Shown in pieces: positions 58,273 through 64,000 of a stretch of DNA of 64,000 nucleotides. Origin of the DNA: an uncultured Spirochaetales bacterium (lineage in GTDB: Bacteria; UBP6; UBA1177); the NCBI GenBank assembly GCA_902774115.1, contig CACYHH010000003.1:219033-283032 (forward strand), in the 5' to 3' direction. The notes under the pieces were generated by a model. The model was not told the DNA's origin. It worked only from the letters and a program-made list of their open reading frames with translations, and did not search any database. The position numbers and the translations under genes are program-made. How positions within the stretch are numbered: the stretch's first letter is position 1; each line of letters begins with the position of its first letter.

Positions 58273-60081
58273 TTAAAGCAGTTCCTTGAGCTGCTGAAGC
58301 TTTTCAACGAAAACTTTCTCGAACATTTTGTATGGCGCGATATCGGTCATGTCGACGCCTGCGTCCTTGAGGATCTCGATAGGCGGTTTCGAGGTCCCTG
58401 CTTTCAAAAATCCGTTGATATACTGTTCTGCCGGGATCTTGCCGCTTCTGACTCCTTCTGCGAGCGAAAGAGCGCCGATGAAGCCGACGACATACTTGTA
58501 AACGTAGTAGTTGTAGTAGAAATGAGGAACGAAAGCCCACTCGTTTTTGTAGAGTTCGTCGATCTTCATGAGGCCGTATTCCTCGCCGTAGTATCTGCTC
58601 AGAGTCTGACCGTAGATGCCGTTGAGGAATTCGGGAGTGAGAACTTCGCCCGCTTCGACTTTTTTGTAGATCGCGTCTTCAAACTCAGCGAACTGCATCT
58701 GTCTGAAAACAGTCGCTCTCGCCATTTCGATGAAGTGGTTGAGGAGGAATTTCTTTTCTTCCTTGTCCTGTGTCGTGTCGATAAGGCGGTTGATGAGCAT
58801 GATTTCGTTGAATGTGCTTGCAACTTCGGCGACAAAAATCGTGTACTGCGATTTTTCGTATGGCTGGAACTTGTTTGAATAATATGAATGGATCGCGTGA
58901 CCCATCTCGTGAGCCAGAGTTGAAGCCGAATTGTAGTCGTCGATGTGGTTCAAGAGAACATAAGGGTGCGTGTCGTAAGCCATGCCTTCCATGTATGCGC
59001 CGCTGACTTTGCCCTCATTCGGATAGATATCGACCCAGCCGTTCGCGGGATCCATCGCCTCAGCTATTGCCTTTCTGTATTCGTCTGTCATGCAGGACAT
59101 CGCTTCGTTGACGAGTTTTACGGAGTCTTCGTAGGTGTAGACTCTGCTGTTGCCGCCTTTTACCATCGTCGCATAAATATCGTGGTAACCCTGATCAGGA
59201 ATATTGAGAACTTCCTTTTTGAGTGCCAGATATTCGTGAAGTGCCGGCAGAATGGCGCGGACATTGTCACGCAGAGTGTAGAAGAAATTCGACGGAAGCT
59301 CGTTTTCCTTCATCTCCTTGTCGAGAGCGTCGGAATATTTTCTGATTTTCGCGACTGTCGCATAGTATTTTGTCTGGTAGTGGAGCATCTTAGCAAGCGA
59401 GTTTTTGTAGCTATCGTAGGTCTTCCAGAAAACGTCGAAGATTTTCTTTCTCGTTTCGCGGTTGTCGCTCTGGCGGAATCTTGCGTAAGTCTGGATATTT
59501 GCTTCCATTTTTTCGCCTTCAAGTTCGATTTCGGGGAACTTCATGTCTGCCGACGAAAAAGTGGAGTAGGTTTCGTATTCGCCGAGAGCCAGTCCGCCGA
59601 ACTCAGCCATGATCTTCTCTTCAGGTTCGGAGAGAGTGTGCGGCTTGTTCAGAAGAATAGCGTCGAAATATCTTGAAAAATCACTGAAATCGGGGTCGTT
59701 TTTGAAGCCGAGCAGCTTTTCTTCGCTGTAGGAGAGAAGTTCAGGCTCCATGAAAGAGCTTGCGGCCGCCATTTTTGTCATAGCCGCAGCCGCCATGCCT
59801 GAAAGTTCCTGCCATTTGCCGACACTCATGTCGACATCGCGGTTCCTGTCCGCGTAGCACTGAAGTTTTGCGCCTCTTCTCATAGCGTCGCTTGAGATCT
59901 TGAGCGCTTTGAGAAGAGTTTCCTTTTCACCGAGTTTTCCGGCGAATTTCACGATTTCGGCAGTGTCTTTTTCGATGCACTGGAATTCGTTCGCGACTTC
60001 TTCTTCGTTTTTGTAAAGGTGAGCTGTCTGCCAGCAGTTTTTCGGATCGACTTCATTTCTTTTCAGCATTTTTTCCTCCAA
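58273..60081 (-). CDS. pepF: Oligoendopeptidase F (M3B)
   Basis: 602 aa; HEMGH zinc motif, M3 family length/topology. Confidence 0.85.
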   Translation of the reverse strand: MEEKMLKRNEVDPKNCWQTAHLYKNEEEVANEFQCIEKDTAEIVKFAGKLGEKETLLKALKISSDAMRRGAKLQCYADRNRDVDMSVGKWQELSGMAAAAMTKMAAASSFMEPELLSYSEEKLLGFKNDPDFSDFSRYFDAILLNKPHTLSEPEEKIMAEFGGLALGEYETYSTFSSADMKFPEIELEGEKMEANIQTYARFRQSDNRETRKKIFDVFWKTYDSYKNSLAKMLHYQTKYYATVAKIRKYSDALDKEMKENELPSNFFYTLRDNVRAILPALHEYLALKKEVLNIPDQGYHDIYATMVKGGNSRVYTYEDSVKLVNEAMSCMTDEYRKAIAEAMDPANGWVDIYPNEGKVSGAYMEGMAYDTHPYVLLNHIDDYNSASTLAHEMGHAIHSYYSNKFQPYEKSQYTIFVAEVASTFNEIMLINRLIDTTQDKEEKKFLLNHFIEMARATVFRQMQFAEFEDAIYKKVEAGEVLTPEFLNGIYGQTLSRYYGEEYGLMKIDELYKNEWAFVPHFYYNYYVYKYVVGFIGALSLAEGVRSGKIPAEQYINGFLKAGTSKPPIEILKDAGVDMTDIAPYKMFEKVFVEKLQQLKELL

Positions 60082-60213
60082 ATCAAATGTTCATAAACAA
60101 ATTGCGCGGCATTATAATTTTTCTTGAGAAAAGCACAAACAAAAATAAAATTCTGCGGCGGACTTTTTAAAGTTTTGTTATCATGCACGAAGACAAGGAG
60201 CAGCTAAGTATCG

Positions 60214-63200
60214 ATGATTACTTTAACTACTGCAAAAAAATCAATAAATCCGGCCTTTTTCAGGCAGCCTGTTCCGCAAAACGAGATTGAAAGGCTGAAA
60301 AAGGCTTTGTCCGTTTATCTGAGTTCAGGAAAGCAGGATGAAAGCGAGGAATTTCACAAAAATCTGATAAAAAAGTTCTTGGAAGAGACTTTTTACAGCC
60401 CCGATTATGCGGTAAATACGAACGGACGCGAGGATCTTGTTATTTTCGGCGGCAATACGGCGAACTCGAAACCCGCGGTGATAATCGAGGCGAAATCTCC
60501 ATCAAACACGGCTGAAATGTTCAGCGAAACCAACTTTAACTGCAAGGCTATGCAGGAATGTGTCTACTATTTCATGCAGGAGAACCTGAAATTCCAAAAC
60601 AACGAGATCAAGCACATAATTATCACGAATTATTACGATTTTTATATTTTTGACGCGAAAGATTTTGCACGATTTTTCCTTGTGAAAACAAATCCGATAG
60701 TTGAGCAGTTCAAAAAGTTTGAAGCCGGTCAGCTTTCCGACACGAAAACTGCATATTTTTACGAAAACTGCGCGAAACCGGCGATAAACAAGTGGATCGA
60801 GAATGAAAATATCGTTGTGACAAAGGTAACTCCAGCGGAGTTTTATCGTCATTCTGAACGCAGCGAAGAATCTCTCATACCTCTCTACAAAATCTTCTCG
60901 CCGGAACATCTTCTTTGCAAGCCTTTTGCCAATGATTCCAACAGCTTGGATAAGAATTTCTATGAGGAGCTGCTTCACATTATAGGTCTTGAGGAAGTCA
61001 AGGAATCGGGCAAAAAGGTGATCCGGCGCAAAAAAGAGGCTGATCGCGACAGCGCAACTCTGCTTGAAAGCGCGATATATCAGCTTGAAGAAGAAAACCT
61101 TGATGAAAACGGCCGTTACGAGGTCGCTCTGCGTCTTGCAATAAACTGGATCAACCGTTTGATTTTTCTGAAACTTGTGGAAAGTCAGCAGCTCGCATAC
61201 CGGAAGGGAGACGAAAAATACAGATTTCTGACGACAGAGCTTGTTCCTGATTTTGATTCTCTCAATATTCTCTTTTTTAAGGTTCTGGGGCGCAGACCGG
61301 AGGCACGGGACAGCGAGGTCAGGGAAAAATTCCGCTTCGTTCCTTATCTCAACAGTTCTCTCTTTGAGCCGAGCGTTGAAGAAAAACTCCTGCAAATCCG
61401 CGGAATTATGAATAAACCGATGAAACTTTTCCCCCGCACTGTGCTGAAAGACGAAAAGGGGCGAAGAATGGCTGGAAAAATGGATAATTTAGCCTACATT
61501 TTCCGTTTTCTTGATGCCTACAACTTTTCGAGCGAGACGGAATCCGGCATCACACAGGATACAAAAACGCTGATAAACGCGAGTGTTCTCGGCCTCATTT
61601 TTGAAAAAATCAACGGTTATAAGGACGGCTCTTTTTTCACGCCGGGTTTCATCACGGAATATATGGCAAAAGAGACGGTAGAACGCACTGTGATTCAGAA
61701 GTTCAATGATATCAAGGGTTGGAAGTGCGAAACACTTGAAGAACTTGCCGACAAAATAGAGGACCGCGCCGAAGCGAATGAAATCATAAATTCGATCCGC
61801 ATCTGCGACCCGGCTGTGGGAAGCGGCCACTTTCTTGTTTCGGTTCTGAACAGGCTGCTTTTCATCAAGTCCTATCTTGACATTCTGTTTGACAAAGACG
61901 GGCGCAGGATTCGCCGCAGCGACTGGGCGATTGAGCTTGAAAACGACGAGATTTCGATTCTTGACGATGAAGGAAACCCTTTTGTTTATTCGATAAATCC
62001 TGAGCGGCAGCGCGTTCAGGAAGCAATTTTCAACGAAAAGCGGACGATTATTGAAAACTGTCTTTTCGGCGTTGACATAAACCCGGCAAGCGTCTACATC
62101 TGCCGCCTCCGTCTTTGGATCGAGCTTCTCAAAAACGCATATTACACCGAAGAATCAGGTTTTACTCAGCTTGAAACGCTTCCCAATATTGACATCAACA
62201 TCAAGTGCGGCAACTCACTTGTGAGCAGATATTCAATAAAAACAGGCAGTTCCATTCTTAGCGAAGGAAATCCCGACGCCCGCAAACTCATTCGTCAATA
62301 CCGAGAGGCGGTTGCTGCATACAAGAACGAAAACAACAAGGAAAACAAGCGGAAAGTCGATAATCTTATTCAAAGCATCAAGCGGCAGATTCACGGAATA
62401 GTTCAGTTAGTCTTTTTTGACGAAGAACTGAACAAAAAAATTCTTGACGACGACATCTACACCGATTCCCTTGAATGGATGATCGAATTTCCTGAAGTTC
62501 TGGATGAAAACGGCAGATTCTTGGGCTTCGATGCAGTCATCGGCAATCCACCGTATATCAGCGCACCGGCTCAGGTCGCGGACGAAAGGATGAAAAAGCA
62601 GCGCGAAGCGATTGTGAACCGCCATGAATACCGGAGCCTTTACCAAAAATGGGATATTTACATTCCGTTCATCGAACTTGGCTTGAAACTCGGGCGGCAG
62701 AACGCGATATGCGCGATGATTGTGCCGTTTCCGCTCACGAACCAGACTTATGCGAAGGTTATGAGAAAAATGCTTCTCGAAGAAAACGGGCTTTTTGAAC
62801 TTGTCGATCTGAACGGAACTAAAGTTTTCGACGAAGCGACAGTTTCAAACTGCATTCCGTTTGTGCGGAAAGGGAAAACCAGTCATTCTGAGCGCAGCGA
62901 AGAATCCACTTGGATTTCCAAGATCGATGAAAATATGAAAATAAGCCGTGTTTTCAAACAGTTACCCTCTGATTTAGTGCAGGATCCCTTAAGTTGTGTC
63001 TGGAATCTGACGCAGGAAAAACGCGAGACAAACCGCCACGCCGACATGCACATTCTGGGTGATTTCTGCTACATCAGTAAAGGAATGGTTCTCAATTCCG
63101 ATGAAAAAACGGCAAAAGGCGAGTTTACAAAAGCCGATTTAATCAGCGAAATTCAGGACAAAATTCACTGCAAAAAATATATCGAAGGAAAAGACCTCGA

Positions 63201-63786
63201 AAAATACGAAATAAAACGGGTGCGCTGGCTTGAATATGGCACAGAACGGGTTCCTAAGAAACTAAGTCGTCCAACATTTCCTGAATTGTATGATAGAACT
63301 AAAATTTTCACAAATAAAATCGGTGAGTTAAAGGCTTTTGTCGATTCTAACAATATTTTGTGTGATCAAACAATCCGAATTTGTATTCTTTGGAAAGATC
63401 TTCACGGAGTTGAAAACAAAAGTATTGAGGGAAGTATCAAAAAATTCAGTAAGTTAAGCCGCGAAAAGATGGAAAAACTTTCCGATACGGTTGATATTCG
63501 TTATCTTTTGGGCATTTTGAACTCAAAATATGCACAAGTTTTGCTTGATTTGATTAGAGGAAAAGGAAATATTGATGTAAATCCGGAATATATCCGCAAA
63601 ATCCCGGTTCCCAACGCCACAAAAGCCCAACAAAAACAAATAGTTGAACTGGTAAATAGAATCCTTGACGCCAAGAAAGCTGACTCAAAAGCTGATACAA
63701 CCGCACTGGAAGCCGAAATCGACAGTCTGGTTTATGAGCTTTACGGGCTGACAGACGAGGAAATCTCTAAAATAGAATTGAAATAA
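60214..63786 (+). CDS. Type IIG restriction-modification enzyme (N-terminal PD-(D/E)xK nuclease + gamma-class N6-adenine DNA methyltransferase + C-terminal target-recognition region)
   Basis: N-terminal D...(19 aa)...IIEAKSP (D-ExK); motif I ICDPAVGSGHFL; motif IV VIGNPPYIS; 1190 aa single polypeptide, no adjacent partner genes. Confidence 0.75.
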   Translation: MITLTTAKKSINPAFFRQPVPQNEIERLKKALSVYLSSGKQDESEEFHKNLIKKFLEETFYSPDYAVNTNGREDLVIFGGNTANSKPAVIIEAKSPSNTAEMFSETNFNCKAMQECVYYFMQENLKFQNNEIKHIIITNYYDFYIFDAKDFARFFLVKTNPIVEQFKKFEAGQLSDTKTAYFYENCAKPAINKWIENENIVVTKVTPAEFYRHSERSEESLIPLYKIFSPEHLLCKPFANDSNSLDKNFYEELLHIIGLEEVKESGKKVIRRKKEADRDSATLLESAIYQLEEENLDENGRYEVALRLAINWINRLIFLKLVESQQLAYRKGDEKYRFLTTELVPDFDSLNILFFKVLGRRPEARDSEVREKFRFVPYLNSSLFEPSVEEKLLQIRGIMNKPMKLFPRTVLKDEKGRRMAGKMDNLAYIFRFLDAYNFSSETESGITQDTKTLINASVLGLIFEKINGYKDGSFFTPGFITEYMAKETVERTVIQKFNDIKGWKCETLEELADKIEDRAEANEIINSIRICDPAVGSGHFLVSVLNRLLFIKSYLDILFDKDGRRIRRSDWAIELENDEISILDDEGNPFVYSINPERQRVQEAIFNEKRTIIENCLFGVDINPASVYICRLRLWIELLKNAYYTEESGFTQLETLPNIDINIKCGNSLVSRYSIKTGSSILSEGNPDARKLIRQYREAVAAYKNENNKENKRKVDNLIQSIKRQIHGIVQLVFFDEELNKKILDDDIYTDSLEWMIEFPEVLDENGRFLGFDAVIGNPPYISAPAQVADERMKKQREAIVNRHEYRSLYQKWDIYIPFIELGLKLGRQNAICAMIVPFPLTNQTYAKVMRKMLLEENGLFELVDLNGTKVFDEATVSNCIPFVRKGKTSHSERSEESTWISKIDENMKISRVFKQLPSDLVQDPLSCVWNLTQEKRETNRHADMHILGDFCYISKGMVLNSDEKTAKGEFTKADLISEIQDKIHCKKYIEGKDLEKYEIKRVRWLEYGTERVPKKLSRPTFPELYDRTKIFTNKIGELKAFVDSNNILCDQTIRICILWKDLHGVENKSIEGSIKKFSKLSREKMEKLSDTVDIRYLLGILNSKYAQVLLDLIRGKGNIDVNPEYIRKIPVPNATKAQQKQIVELVNRILDAKKADSKADTTALEAEIDSLVYELYGLTDEEISKIELK

Positions 63787-63868
63787 AATATTTTTCATTA
63801 AATATTTCTTGATAAAAATTCAAATTTAAATATAAAAATGTGTTAAAAACTTGTTTTTTGGCACAAAA

Positions 63869-64000
63869 ATGGCAAATGAAAAAGAAAAATGGCGCTGGCA
63901 GGAGCCTGGCAGTGCGTGGAAAGGAGTCGGCATCTACCATGTCACGATGGTGATACCGAGCAGGAAGCCGCTGCTCGGCAGGCTCGTCATCCCCGAAAAC
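63869..64000 (+). CDS. HUH/Y1 transposase-like protein (IS200/RAYT-like) N-terminus, truncated by window end
   Basis: MANEKEKWRWQEPGSAWKGVGIYHVTMVIPSRKPLLGRL fits the Y1-transposase N-terminal pattern G.IYH(V/L).T.V...R(K/R)PL(L/F); cf. IS608 TnpA KYHIVWCPKYRRKVL, RAYT GRIYLLTAVAEQRRPLF. Confidence 0.35.
   Translation, partial: MANEKEKWRWQEPGSAWKGVGIYHVTMVIPSRKPLLGRLVIPEN

Noticed and set aside
58258-58281. Possible bidirectional terminator hairpin between HD-GYP stop and pepF stop
   Set aside because: The 9-nt gap ttaaagaagaatcttaa is not a true palindrome and has no stable stem.
60502-61395. 297-aa ORF antisense to the RM gene
   Set aside because: It overlaps the continuous 1190-aa frame that has MTase motifs, and no independent support.
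1-64000. CRISPR arrays, tRNA/rRNA genes
   Set aside because: There are no spacer-repeat arrays. The tandem repeats are coding and lack unique spacers. No intergenic region is long enough or has a cloverleaf-like GC pattern for tRNA, and there is no rRNA-like conserved sequence.

Overview
This looks like a Fibrobacter succinogenes-type chromosome segment, roughly 48% GC. The call rests on two lipoproteins carrying the DUF1566 / 'Fibrobacter succinogenes major paralogous' WRLP(T/N)..EL signature and on many lipobox-Cys proteins with poly-acidic linkers. The window is densely coded with housekeeping genes: folC (5' partial), nadE, an aspartate aminotransferase, a LeuC-like aconitase-family large subunit, rarA, khpA, fcl, lon, panD, a CDF transporter, hslVU, purC, asnS, glgA, glgP, birA and pepF. 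Between them sit lineage-specific secreted and lipoprotein families. These include a tandem pair of Cys-rich MopE-motif proteins, a tandem pair of DUF1566 / EGF-like Cys-repeat proteins, a lamin-tail-domain lipoprotein, an OMP with 11 tandem 13-aa repeats, and a TonB with unusual 19-aa tandem repeats. Other contents are c-di-GMP related genes (PilZ, HD-GYP, an MshEN/GspE_N-like protein) and a GT39/ArnT-like glycosyltransferase + thioredoxin + transglutaminase-like operon behind a near-consensus sigma70-type promoter. There is also an AlbA_2/HATPase_c_4 (Schlafen-like) ATP-binding regulator with a 12-nt microsatellite. At the 3' end is a 1190-aa Type IIG restriction-modification enzyme (PD-ExK nuclease + gamma N6-adenine methyltransferase, DPAVGSGHFL and NPPY motifs) with an odd 23-nt internal direct repeat, followed by the truncated N-terminus of a HUH/Y1 (IS200/RAYT-like) transposase. 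Two REP-like palindromic elements sharing GTTACGCCGTCACG sit exactly in convergent-gene spacers. No rRNA, tRNA or CRISPR array was found. I did not find a convincing multi-gene defence island. The most novel-looking features are the solitary Type IIG gene with its internal repeat, the REP-like elements with a possible RAYT, and the repeat-bearing and tandem-paralog surface proteins.
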